Positions 10,155 through 19,301 of a DNA stretch of 64,000 bases are shown one piece after another. The position numbers were made by a program, and so were the translations under genes. Positions within the stretch are counted from its first letter, which is position 1, and each line of letters opens with the position of its first letter. The notes below the pieces were generated by a model. The model did not search any database, was not told where the DNA came from, and saw only the letters and a program-made list of their open reading frames with translations. This DNA is from a virus (lineage: Duplodnaviria > Caudoviricetes), in the IMG/VR virus record IMGVR_UViG_3300013901_000008, positions 1 through 64,000 of that record; one strand, written 5' to 3'.

Positions 10155-10547
10155 CTACTTTCGCACGTTAGTACTTTCGTACTTTGGTACGTTTGTACTA
10201 ACGTGTATTTGTACTTTGATACGTTTATACTTTCGTATTAATATATGTATTTATGTACGTTCGTACTTTCATACTTACTTACGTAGATTCTTATTTATTT
10301 ATTTACATAAGTAGATAGATAAATAGATACGTAGGTAAATGCGTAAATAAATAGGTAGATAAATATGTAAGTAAGTAAATAAATATTAAAATACGTACCC
10401 AAGTTCATTTTTAAGATTTAAATATTTGGTGGAATGAATTTTATTTCTTAAATTTGCACCCAGTTAAGAGATTGACATTTATGGCAGATACAAATATATA
10501 TCTGTACTTTCGTATTTTCGTACTTTCGTACGTATGTAAGTAAGTAC
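10155..10547. repeat. parS-like centromere array (8-bp GTACTTTC-type repeats, then 4-bp AT-rich repeats)
   Basis: gtactttc gtactttg gtacgttt gtactaac gtgtattt gtactttg atacgttt atactttc..., directly upstream of parA. Confidence 0.65.
10425..10456 (+). promoter_or_regulatory. promoter of the par operon
   Basis: TTTG 10425-28, 20-nt spacer, TAAATTTG 10449-56; a second TATCTTTG at 10549-56. Confidence 0.65.
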
Positions 10548-10605
10548 TTATCTTTGCATCTAAGTACATAAGTTGATAACGTAGAATTATTAGTATAATA
10601 AGATT

Positions 10606-11448
10606 ATGGCAGAAGAAAGACTAAAAGAAGTCCTTGCTATTGTGAATGACAAGGGCGGTGTAGGAAAGAGCACCACGGCGCATAATTTGGCTTGTGGTCT
10701 GATTAGAGAGAATGGCTCTCGTGTGTTAATCGTAGATTTGGATGCCCAGGTTGCCAATGTGTCATTGCTTTGCGGCTGGCGTGATCGCACCGACAAGCAC
10801 GGTACAATGTACGAGGCTTTGGTTAATAAGACGGCACTCCCTGTTTATCAGGTTAAGATAGGCGAGCAGGATTACCAGGGTAATCTCTACCTTGCGCCAT
10901 CTTCAGAGGATATGCTGAATATAGAACCATTTCTTTTGCGAGAGTTAAATCCACTGAAAGTATTGACTAAGATTTTTTCATTGCCCGTAGGTATGCCGGA
11001 AGACCAGGGCGGAGAACAAAGCGTAATAGAGGCATTTGATTACATTATCATCGACTGCCCTCCAGCCATGAACCTCGTTACTAAGAATGCGATGGCGGTG
11101 GCTACCGGTATCATTATTCCTATGCAGTTGGAAGCTTTGCCAACTTTCGGTTCATCGAGCGTTATCAAGTGGGCAGAGGATGTGAAAGCTGAAATCAATC
11201 CAGAACTTGAGCTGCGTGGCTTGCTGAAAGTGATGGTAGATAAGCGTACAAAAGCAAGCAGCGAGTTCTCCAAGCATGTGGATAGTGAGTATGGCGACTA
11301 CGTATTTAAGACCGAGATACCTCGTCGCACCAAGATTGTGGAAGCCCAGGCGATGATGCAAGACATCTTTACGTATGCTCCCGAATGTGATGCAGCGCAA
11401 AGCTATGCAGCATTTGCCAAAGAGATTATTGATACCTATAGCGAGTAG
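10606..11448 (+). CDS. parA: ParA/Soj partition ATPase
   Basis: Deviant Walker A KGGVGKST, LIVDLDAQ, YIIIDCPP. Confidence 0.95.
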   Translation: MAEERLKEVLAIVNDKGGVGKSTTAHNLACGLIRENGSRVLIVDLDAQVANVSLLCGWRDRTDKHGTMYEALVNKTALPVYQVKIGEQDYQGNLYLAPSSEDMLNIEPFLLRELNPLKVLTKIFSLPVGMPEDQGGEQSVIEAFDYIIIDCPPAMNLVTKNAMAVATGIIIPMQLEALPTFGSSSVIKWAEDVKAEINPELELRGLLKVMVDKRTKASSEFSKHVDSEYGDYVFKTEIPRRTKIVEAQAMMQDIFTYAPECDAAQSYAAFAKEIIDTYSE

Positions 11449-11510
11449 TTGACTCGTTATAGGTATGGGATTTTAATCACTGGTTTTATGGATTTATAGA
11501 TTTAGACGAT

Positions 11511-11924
11511 ATGAGCAAGAATTTCAAGTTTGAGGCATCCAAGGTAGCAAAAGTTGCTGGCGAGATAAGAGAAGGTAAGAGTGACGGCGAGAATAAAACT
11601 CCATTGGTGCCACCATCGCCTTCCGTAATGACTGATAGTGAGGCGCAAGAAGAAGTTTCGCAGGGGCACGAGGAGAATACCGTCGTGGCAGCAGAGCAGC
11701 CAACACCTGTAAAGACCGCCAAGCCAAAAACAAAAAAATCAGGCGACTTTAACAAGGTAATTGAAGAGGCAAAGGTGAGTAAGGCTACTAATGGAATCGT
11801 AGTAAATGTTCCATTGGAAGACTATATGCAACTGACCTTGCTGAAGACTATCAATAAGAAAACACTCAAAGAACTTGCCTTGCAAGCGATACATGAGTTC
11901 GTAGAAAGAAACAAGGTTATGTAA
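11511..11924 (+). CDS. ParG/omega-like adaptor with C-terminal RHH
   Basis: Disordered N-terminus plus NGIVVNVPLEDYMQL...LKELALQAIHEFVER, directly after parA. Confidence 0.6.
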   Translation: MSKNFKFEASKVAKVAGEIREGKSDGENKTPLVPPSPSVMTDSEAQEEVSQGHEENTVVAAEQPTPVKTAKPKTKKSGDFNKVIEEAKVSKATNGIVVNVPLEDYMQLTLLKTINKKTLKELALQAIHEFVERNKVM

Positions 11925-11939
11925 ATAAGGAGAATCGCT

Positions 11940-12188
11940 ATGAAGCAAAATATTGAGATAAATGTAAACTTGTCTCATTCTAACAAAGAAGAGCGAGTTG
12001 AGGATATTGACACAGTAGTAATGCCTGCCAAGACAATTGGCAAGAAGACACAGAATGGTATCACTATCTACGTGCCGATGGATTACTATATGCAGATATT
12101 GCGCTTGAAGATGGAGACGGGTACGCCTATCAAGGACATCGCTCTCCAGGCTGTCATTGAGTATCTGGATAGACACAAGGGAGATTAA
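11940..12188 (+). CDS. second RHH protein, paralogue of 11511
   Basis: NGITIYVPMDYYMQI...IKDIALQAVIEYLDR aligns with the C-terminus of 11511. Confidence 0.6.
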   Translation: MKQNIEINVNLSHSNKEERVEDIDTVVMPAKTIGKKTQNGITIYVPMDYYMQILRLKMETGTPIKDIALQAVIEYLDRHKGD

Positions 12189-12245
12189 GGTAAAACGATT
12201 TAGTAGTAGTTTACCTAATAGAACTATTAGATAAAGTAAAACGAC

Positions 12246-12524
12246 TACTAATGTTTTTTACCTTGGTAAAGTAGGTACTAATGTTTTTTACCAAAACTAC
12301 TAAACTTTTTTACCTACTTATCGCGGAAAGGTGAAGTAGGTACTAATGTTTTTTACCTTATATAATAATGTAATTAATTAGATAAATATTACTTATATTA
12401 TATTATAGGGTGTAGAAAAATCATTAAGTGGCTGAATATCAGTATTTAGGAATTTTCTGAGGTAAAAAACATTAGTACCTAAACATCGTTTTTGAGGGGT
12501 GTGAGGTAAAAAACATTAGTACCT
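12246..12524. repeat. iteron origin of plasmid replication
   Basis: (AGG)TACTAATGTTTTTTACC at 12246, 12273, 12338, degenerate copy at 12298; inverted copies at 12461 and 12505; AT-rich gap about 12358-12410; directly upstream of Rep. Confidence 0.85.
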
Positions 12525-12556
12525 CGTTTACTTTAGACTATAAAAAATAAGAGGTT

Positions 12557-13735
12557 ATGAATAGTAATACTTTATTTCCACAACAATACATAAACACGCC
12601 TTTTGCATATACCAAACTGTCGAAGAACCTGTCTCTTCTTCAGCAGTCGATGTTAAACAAGGTAAGTGAACATTTGCAGGGGTATGTGCAGAAATATTTC
12701 GGGAGCGATCTTTGCAAGTCTCGTGATATTCCACGACCGCTATTCACCGAAGCAGAAAAGAATAATGGTATGCCCGATTTCGTTATATCTTATGCCGAGT
12801 TGGGCGTGAGTATCAACAATTATCAGGTGGCTCGTGCTGCGGTAAAAGAGGTGTTGGAGCTAACCGTTGACGCACCAGGTGTGGATAAGGATGGCAATCC
12901 CGCTATTATTGCATATAACATCTTCACGAAAGCCAACCTTTCGTCAAAGGAGGGAAACGGCGTTGTTTTCAGTCTCAATCCGGAAGTGGTGGACTACGTA
13001 TTTGACATGAGTCAGGGATATGTAAGACATCCTGCCGACATTGCTCGTTTAGGACGAGTGGAACGTATGCCTATGATGTACTATTACTTGTTCAAGGTTT
13101 CGGAACGTTGGAAGAACAGGGAGGTGCATCTTACGGTTATCGAAATCAAAGACTATCTTGGAATGCGCGTTAAAACAAAGGCTTCTTCTGGCGAAAATGA
13201 AATCGAGAAGAAGAGAGCTGGAAGACCTTTGAAAGCTGGTGAGATAAAAGAGGCTTACCCAAAGTTTTCTCAATTCAAGAAGATGGTGCTCGATACGAGC
13301 ATTAACGACATCAATAGGTTAAGAAAAGAGGGTTTGTTGGATATATGTGTCAGTTACGAACCTGTTTATAATGGAAAGCGTAAGGTTGGTAATCCTGCTT
13401 TTATTAAGTTTCATATCTTTGATACCATTGAGGAAATGGAAAAAGCTAACGCCCAACAGCAACAAATGATATTGTTTGAAGTCAATGAGACGGGCTTAGA
13501 AAAGTGGAAAGCTTTTGTGTCGCACCTGGTAAAACTGCGCAGTCCTATAGCTGATTTCTTTCTACCTTTGTCTTTTTATTCTTTCGATGGGGCTTCACTC
13601 GTTCTATCTGCTACAGCCCAGCAGCGAGATTTAGTAGAACGAAATCTAACCGATGAAAACATACAGGCTGTTAAGGAGAGCATGAACGCTGTCTTTGGTA
13701 AGATTGTCAATTTGGGCTACAAGGTTGCGACTTAA
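12557..13735 (+). CDS. plasmid replication initiator (Rep_3/RepB-like winged helix) with DnaA-N-like C-terminal domain
   Basis: LSLLQQ, IEIKDYLG, YPKFSQFKKMVLDTSINDI, GNPAFIKFHI motifs; adjacent iterons. Confidence 0.8.
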   Translation: MNSNTLFPQQYINTPFAYTKLSKNLSLLQQSMLNKVSEHLQGYVQKYFGSDLCKSRDIPRPLFTEAEKNNGMPDFVISYAELGVSINNYQVARAAVKEVLELTVDAPGVDKDGNPAIIAYNIFTKANLSSKEGNGVVFSLNPEVVDYVFDMSQGYVRHPADIARLGRVERMPMMYYYLFKVSERWKNREVHLTVIEIKDYLGMRVKTKASSGENEIEKKRAGRPLKAGEIKEAYPKFSQFKKMVLDTSINDINRLRKEGLLDICVSYEPVYNGKRKVGNPAFIKFHIFDTIEEMEKANAQQQQMILFEVNETGLEKWKAFVSHLVKLRSPIADFFLPLSFYSFDGASLVLSATAQQRDLVERNLTDENIQAVKESMNAVFGKIVNLGYKVAT

Positions 13736-13862
13736 AAAAATCTCCATCGTTATAGACCTCTAAAAATAATCACTGGTTTTCTACGTTTTCAGAAAGCCAG
13801 TGATTATTTTTTTGTGTTTTGGGTAATGATTCTTCACTCTTCGTTCTTCACTCTTCACTTAC

Positions 13863-13899
13863 TTTGTCCCACCCATTTATTTATTTCTTCGTACCTTTG
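13863..13899 (+). promoter_or_regulatory. putative late promoter TTTGTCCC-N21-TACCTTTG
   Basis: One of 5 copies with identical 21-nt spacing. Confidence 0.65.
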
Positions 13900-13929
13900 C
13901 ACCGAAGAAATAAATAAACGAAATTACGT

Positions 13930-14556
13930 ATGAAAAGGAAAGGAATTATCGGACCGCTCTTGATAGCGGTCGTAATAATGGCGATGGTATCCGCTTGCGC
14001 CTCTTCCCGACATGTGGCTAACGTGAGCCACACCGAGGCGATGGATAGCGTTAGGAGCGAGCAGGTGGATAGCAGTCATGTGAAGGTGGCTGCATCGGAC
14101 AGCGTGCAGAAGAGCGAGCAATCGACGGTACAGGTATCGTCTTCCGTCTGGGAGCGAGATAGCTTGGACGAAATCATCCGTGAGCATATCACCGAGACCA
14201 CCGATGCCCAGGGCAACAAGACGACTACTACGGATAGAACCATCCAGCGCAAGCACGGCAAGCAGAAGCAAGCTGCATCTACCGCCGATGCCGACTATCA
14301 GCGGCACGAGATAGAACAGATGAAGCAGAGCGTGGATAGTTCAGCGTTGAGCAGCAAGAGCGATGTGGGCACTCACTGGGCAGCCAAGGACACGTTGTCG
14401 GACAACGAGGAGAAGAACACTGAGGACGTAAAGAAGAAATCCTTTGGAGCCAAGGCGAGAAAGAACGCCTTCCAGTTATTTCTCCTGATGGTAGTGTTTA
14501 TCCTGTTGCTGACGTTGAAGCGCAAACGAGACGATAAGCTAAACAAGGATAAATAA
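13930..14556 (+). CDS. lipoprotein with C-terminal TM helix; unimolecular-spanin-like
   Basis: Signal peptide with VSAC lipobox, hydrophilic middle, FQLFLLMVVFILLLTL followed by basic tail. Confidence 0.55.
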   Translation: MKRKGIIGPLLIAVVIMAMVSACASSRHVANVSHTEAMDSVRSEQVDSSHVKVAASDSVQKSEQSTVQVSSSVWERDSLDEIIREHITETTDAQGNKTTTTDRTIQRKHGKQKQAASTADADYQRHEIEQMKQSVDSSALSSKSDVGTHWAAKDTLSDNEEKNTEDVKKKSFGAKARKNAFQLFLLMVVFILLLTLKRKRDDKLNKDK

Positions 14557-14568
14557 AAAAATCGTGTT

Positions 14569-14871
14569 ATGGCAAAGAAGAAAAAACAAGACTTCGATGT
14601 GGTGGAGAACAATGAGCAAACACAAGTAACGCTCGACGATTTCGTGATACCTGCCAAGATAGAGGCATTCTGCAATCAGTATGCACCGCAGGATCATTGG
14701 AGCGAGGGTTGCGATATGTTCACCGACTATCAGCTTCGTTCTTACTTCAAGGCTGTGGTTACTCCACTTGGCGACCCATTGGCATTGTATATCGCCGAAC
14801 TGGGGTATCGTGGCTTTAGGATGAAGACCGATGAGAGTGGCGAGCCAGTTATCTATTGCAAGCCAAAATGA
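14569..14871 (+). CDS. hypothetical protein
   Basis: 100-aa ORF in operon. Confidence 0.7.
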   Translation: MAKKKKQDFDVVENNEQTQVTLDDFVIPAKIEAFCNQYAPQDHWSEGCDMFTDYQLRSYFKAVVTPLGDPLALYIAELGYRGFRMKTDESGEPVIYCKPK

Positions 14872-14902
14872 ATGTTGAGTGTTAAATGTTGATTGTTGAA
14901 TT

Positions 14903-14990
14903 GTACAAAAGCGCAAAGGTACGAAAGCATCAAGGCACGAAAGTATCAAGGTAGAAACGTACCAAAGTACTTGCGTACAAAAGTACAATA
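14903..14990. repeat. second 8-bp-period parS-like array, inverted relative to the first
   Basis: gtacaaaa gcgcaaag gtacgaaa gcatcaag gcacgaaa gtatcaag gtagaaac gtaccaaa gtacttgc gtacaaaa gtacaata. Confidence 0.6.
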
Positions 14991-15064
14991 TTTCGGCAAA
15001 AATATATACAATATTTTCGGCAAAATATATATTAAGTTTTTAATTAATTGATTTTTAGGATATT

Positions 15065-15631
15065 ATGGGAAGAGCAAAAAAGCCTCATTTCTTCTTCAAG
15101 ATTGCAGCGAAGAGTGGGGTAGGTGAGAAGTTGAAGGCATTCATGGCCAAGTGTGCACAGGTAGATGAGCAAGCCCGAAAGTGGGTAGAGAAGCAAGGTG
15201 CATCGTCTTACTACGAGTCGCCTGATGGCATGGCTGGTGGTGTCGTGATGGTGCTGTTCGATGCGAACACATTAAGCAAGGATGGCTGGCAGAAGGTGCA
15301 GGTTCCTGGCAAGGAAGGTATGGAGTATCTGAAGGATGATGATGGCAGATGCTTTTGGATTCCTACCGAGGGAAGCGACATCGAAAAAGAAATGCAAGCC
15401 TTGCCATTGGTGAGCGAGGCGGAACTGATAGGTATCTTGCAGTTTAAGCCCAAGGAGGTAAAGAAAGATGTACCTGTGCCCTTTACTTTTGGCAACGAGA
15501 CACCAGCATTGTTCTTGCATCATGGGTATTGGTACACCGATGTACCCTATGAGAGCATGAGCGAGGATTGTCAAGCCATCGAGGAGAAGGAGTTTCTTCG
15601 CCGAAGAATGGCAGCAATCAATGAGCGATGA
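15065..15631 (+). CDS. hypothetical protein
   Basis: 188-aa ORF. Confidence 0.7.
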   Translation: MGRAKKPHFFFKIAAKSGVGEKLKAFMAKCAQVDEQARKWVEKQGASSYYESPDGMAGGVVMVLFDANTLSKDGWQKVQVPGKEGMEYLKDDDGRCFWIPTEGSDIEKEMQALPLVSEAELIGILQFKPKEVKKDVPVPFTFGNETPALFLHHGYWYTDVPYESMSEDCQAIEEKEFLRRRMAAINER

Positions 15632-15775
15632 TTTTTCTTCTTAGATTATATATAAGGTTTTGTATTTAATGAACTTATGAACTCGGATTGAAAAAGCGTT
15701 TTTAATCTTTACGATTGTTCAGTTGTTTTTTTAGTTAGTTAGGTTTTTAGTTATTTTATTATCTTTATTTTTGTT

Positions 15776-15803
15776 GGTCGCCCGTCCGTGAGGATAGGCG
15801 ACC
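15776..15803. terminator. hairpin terminator between convergent genes (GTGA loop)
   Basis: GGTCGCC-C-GTCC GTGA GGAT-A-GGCGACC with T-rich flanks. Confidence 0.65.
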
Positions 15804-15810
15804 TTCTTCT

Positions 15811-16509
15811 TTAATGGTGGATGTCCTCGGCTGCCATGAAACCTGTAGTGGTGTTCATACGGCGAGTCAATTCGGCGATGAGCTTTTGTTGTTCCGCTAT
15901 CTGCTTCTGTTGCTCGGCGATGATGTCGAGCATCCTGTTTAGGGTAGAGAAGCCCACAGATGATGCGCTACCGTCTGCATGATTGCTCTCATTGTCGCCT
16001 GATGACGGCAATGGCGATGTGGTGGCAGTCTGATGGATAGTAGAATGGGTAGCCGTGGCAGATTGGCGGATGCCTCCTGTCTGTATCTCCTGCCTTTGCG
16101 TCTTTGCTATGACCAATCCTGGCACCGTAGATTTGATATGATCCACTTCGAGAGGGTTGCGAAGCGCACGGGAGCCATGATGTCTTCTTTCGCCTACGGA
16201 GATATATCCACCATCGGGTTCCATCTGGTCGTTGACGGATGGCTCTACTCGCATGGTGCATTCATCCGAGTCATCGCCGTTATTATTTCCCGTCTCTACG
16301 ATAAAAGCTGAGATAGGCACGCCGAAGGTATTGCAGAAGCGCAGCAGGTTGATGATAGGCATCGGAGTCTTGCGCTGTGCGTAGAGAGCGAGGCTGTTGT
16401 TATTATTAATGTTTCCCGTAAAGGATAACATAATCTCACGATTGGTAATATGAGGGTTGGCTTCCATCCATTTCTCAAGATAGGAATAATTGTACTGATA
16501 CTGCTTCAT
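15811..16509 (-). CDS. putative phage repressor (XRE-like HTH N-terminus, coiled-coil C-terminus)
   Basis: LLRFCNTFGVPISAFI HTH end motif; IIAEQQKQIAEQQKLIAEL coil; divergent from 16727. Confidence 0.6.
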   Translation of the reverse strand: MKQYQYNYSYLEKWMEANPHITNREIMLSFTGNINNNNSLALYAQRKTPMPIINLLRFCNTFGVPISAFIVETGNNNGDDSDECTMRVEPSVNDQMEPDGGYISVGERRHHGSRALRNPLEVDHIKSTVPGLVIAKTQRQEIQTGGIRQSATATHSTIHQTATTSPLPSSGDNESNHADGSASSVGFSTLNRMLDIIAEQQKQIAEQQKLIAELTRRMNTTTGFMAAEDIHH

Positions 16510-16726
16510 AATCTACAATGTTTAAAAGGTTTGTTACTATCGTTCTTTCGTTCGTTGCGAAATATCCGAATTATTATTTAATACCTAAGATAATCCACCC
16601 GAAATCAACCGAAATATACCCCGAATAAGTTAAAAACTTTAAATTTTAGAAATAAATATATCCGAGGTATTGTTTATATCAATTTTATTTTTTAATTTTG
16701 CAGCAAATTTAAGAAAATAAGTTGAA

Positions 16727-17236
16727 ATGACCAAGGAAATTATCGAAAAAATATGTAAACCGAGTACTCCGCTGGATGTGAAAGATATTTCGGCGGAAGA
16801 AAAGAAGCTCTTGGGTGAGTTTTTAGCCACCAAAGGGTTTACTAATTCGACTTTTTACCTTCGTTTCTTTCAAAAAGGTTTCTCCGAGTGGGAGATTATC
16901 GGCATCGAGAAGTGTAAGGAGCAGTTCTTGGATATGAAAGAAGTATCTGAAGTATTGCTTAACTACGAGGATGCCAATGCCTCCGATAAGGACCATGGCG
17001 ACAAGGGGTATCTCTATACCTTGGCAAGAAGTCCGGAGCCTGGCGTGTTCTATGATTGCCTAAGAAAGACGAAAAATAGTCTTTGCTCTAAGTTCTGGAC
17101 TTTTATGCTGCAAAAGGGTATGTGTACGAATACCGTTCTCAAACGATTTAACATCGGCGATTGGAAGCCTTGGGAGCAGGTGGGTATCAAAGCCTTGCTG
17201 GAGGAGTATATGAAAGGTAAGGAAACTAAGAAGTAG
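16727..17236 (+). CDS. hypothetical protein in Cro-like position, internally duplicated
   Basis: Divergent from repressor; KGFTNSTFYLRF...FSEWEIIGI and KGMCTNTVLKRF...WKPWEQVGI repeat. Confidence 0.6.
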   Translation: MTKEIIEKICKPSTPLDVKDISAEEKKLLGEFLATKGFTNSTFYLRFFQKGFSEWEIIGIEKCKEQFLDMKEVSEVLLNYEDANASDKDHGDKGYLYTLARSPEPGVFYDCLRKTKNSLCSKFWTFMLQKGMCTNTVLKRFNIGDWKPWEQVGIKALLEEYMKGKETKK

Positions 17237-17272
17237 AAGTAAGAAATAAACAAAATTCATTCATAACTACAA

Positions 17273-18016
17273 ATGGTTGACATAAGTTTTGATTTGGAAA
17301 CCTGTTCGCTGGCACCCACCGCAGCCGTGATGAGCATCGGGGCGGTGGCGTGGAAGCGATACGACGAACATTCGCCGTTCTTTGGGGAAGGTGATGGCTT
17401 GCTGAAATATCCTACGTATTCGGCTCATGTCGATTTGCGTAGCATGTTCCTGGCTGGCTTCACTTTCGACCAGAGCACAGCGGACTGGTGGAGCCGTCAG
17501 AGCGACGAGGCAAAACAAGCATTGCTTGCCAACGATAGCGACGATGAGCCATGCCAGCCGATAGACATCGTGATAACAGAATTTCTCGATTGGGTCAAAA
17601 AAGATGTGATGGAAAAGCTTGGCGACGATGATCTTTGCCTTTGGGCACAGGGTACTGACTTTGATGTGGCTATCTTGAGATACATCTGCTATAAGATGGG
17701 AATCAAGTTTGGCATCGAGCACACCCAGTTTAGAGACCATCGCACATTCTATCTGGAAGCAGCGAGAATTTTCTGGGACGCGAAAAGTTTTGAGATGGTC
17801 CATGCGCATGGTGGAAATATGGATCCATTTAGCATTGATTGGGCTTACCAGCAGACAAGGGACTACAAGGATATTGTGGATGATGGTGCAGCTCACGACC
17901 CTCTCTTTGATTGCAAACGAAGTATCTATAGTACTTGGCAAATCATGCGTCGGCTGAGGGAGAACGTAACGTTTGCGCAGTGTGATGACAAGCATCAGGA
18001 CTTGAATATCTCGTAG
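17273..18016 (+). CDS. DEDDh 3'-5' exonuclease
   Basis: FDLET, WAQGTDFD, FRDHRT, AHDPLFDC motifs. Confidence 0.85.
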   Translation: MVDISFDLETCSLAPTAAVMSIGAVAWKRYDEHSPFFGEGDGLLKYPTYSAHVDLRSMFLAGFTFDQSTADWWSRQSDEAKQALLANDSDDEPCQPIDIVITEFLDWVKKDVMEKLGDDDLCLWAQGTDFDVAILRYICYKMGIKFGIEHTQFRDHRTFYLEAARIFWDAKSFEMVHAHGGNMDPFSIDWAYQQTRDYKDIVDDGAAHDPLFDCKRSIYSTWQIMRRLRENVTFAQCDDKHQDLNIS

Positions 18017-18022
18017 AAGTTT

Positions 18023-18439
18023 ATGCCAAGAATATTTGATTTGCCTTATACACCGAATCGTAGCGGCATACAGAAGAAGCACAGAAACCTATCTAAGTAT
18101 AAGTATCTGCATCGCTTCGCCTATACCGAGACGATGAGGGGCATCAAGGAAGATATTCCCACGCTGCTCTTCTACGCTCCATTCTCATTGTTGAGGGACG
18201 CTTGCCAGTATCTCTACAAGATGATGGCTGGCAACCTGGAGGACATCAAAATCCTCACCTCGCATAGCTGCCGACGAAAGAACGGCAAAGGCTATTGGAG
18301 AACGGAAGTGCAGGTGCTTGGATTGAACGAGGAGTTTTTCAGTTTCGAGAGCTTCACCCAGATGCTTCTGCATCGAATGGAGACCATCTGCAACTGCAAG
18401 ATAAGGCATTATAGGTTGGAAACCTTTCTCAATCTGTAA
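18023..18439 (+). CDS. hypothetical protein
   Basis: 138-aa ORF in operon. Confidence 0.65.
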   Translation: MPRIFDLPYTPNRSGIQKKHRNLSKYKYLHRFAYTETMRGIKEDIPTLLFYAPFSLLRDACQYLYKMMAGNLEDIKILTSHSCRRKNGKGYWRTEVQVLGLNEEFFSFESFTQMLLHRMETICNCKIRHYRLETFLNL

Positions 18440-18610
18440 TAGCTGGAAACTTTCTTGAGCACATAAGAAATTACATAAAATAGAACATAAGCGAAAAGAA
18501 GAAACTCCTTCTTCGTGAGAAGCGGGATTTCGTAAAAGATAAGGTATGCGTTCTGCTACTTGAACTTTTAAATTTTTAGACAACCGAGCCATCGGTTAAA
18601 TGGCAACAAC

Positions 18611-18880
18611 AAGAAGACCGAGGAGCGATGGCGAGAACGGCAACGTCTCGCTGATAGGTATATACCATCCATCCCTCCATATCGGCAACCGGCTTACAAA
18701 ACGATGCAGGCAAAGTCTGAATAAAAAGCCTGAGAATACTTACATCAGTACCTAATGCTCATAGTCGAACATCATGGCTTTGAAAAGCGTAGGAAACTTG
18801 CATCAAAAGGTAGTCGTACACGAATCGGGGATGTGGATGCAGTCTCTTGAAATTTGACAGCATCACTCCAAGGTCTTCTT
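18611..18880 (+). ncRNA. candidate structured ncRNA 1 (about 270 nt)
   Basis: Closing stem 18611-30/18861-80 with nested stems and a GCAA hairpin; no long ORF. Confidence 0.55.
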
Positions 18881-18967
18881 TCTCTTTTGTAACTATCAGG
18901 ATTTTCCGAAAGGTTGGATTTTCCGAAAGGCTACATCAGGGAGAACCATAACAAAGTATGAAAAATG

Positions 18968-19281
18968 ATATTGACGATATAGACCCACGAAGGGCGAAGG
19001 GTAGCGGAAACGCCCCTGCGAATATGTAACCACCCATTCTGCGCTGAAACGTCTTGCGCTTTAATTTGAATCAGTCGGGGAGGGGAGCCGAGATAGCAAA
19101 GATTCTAACTGCTCCTACCCTATGCGGTACCCCCCCCGAATTTAAGGCTTCGGGAAGCGTGATGCGAGTAAGCCTTTGGTACTCGATAACGACATATCGC
19201 GAGCATCTAATCTGGAAAGCAGGATGGTAACACTTGAAAGTTTGGCCTCGCCTATTTCGCTGGGTCTATTGTCGTTGGTAT
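18968..19281 (+). ncRNA. candidate structured ncRNA 2 (about 315 nt)
   Basis: Closing stem ATTGACGATA-TAGACCCA-CGAA-GGGCGA / TCGCCT-TTCG-TGGGTCTA-TGTCGTTGGT; several GAAA/GTAA hairpins. Confidence 0.6.
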
Positions 19282-19301
19282 ATTAAAATATAGAAGAATA
19301 A

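Noticed and set aside
10155-12524. CRISPR array
   Set aside because: Repeats are short or irregularly spaced with no unique equal-length spacers and no cas genes; parS and iterons explain them better.
18685-18720. RNase P-like words (ACCGGCTTA, AGGCAAAGTC) in RNA candidate 1
   Set aside because: The order is reversed and the matches are short and imperfect; not enough to call without a covariance model.
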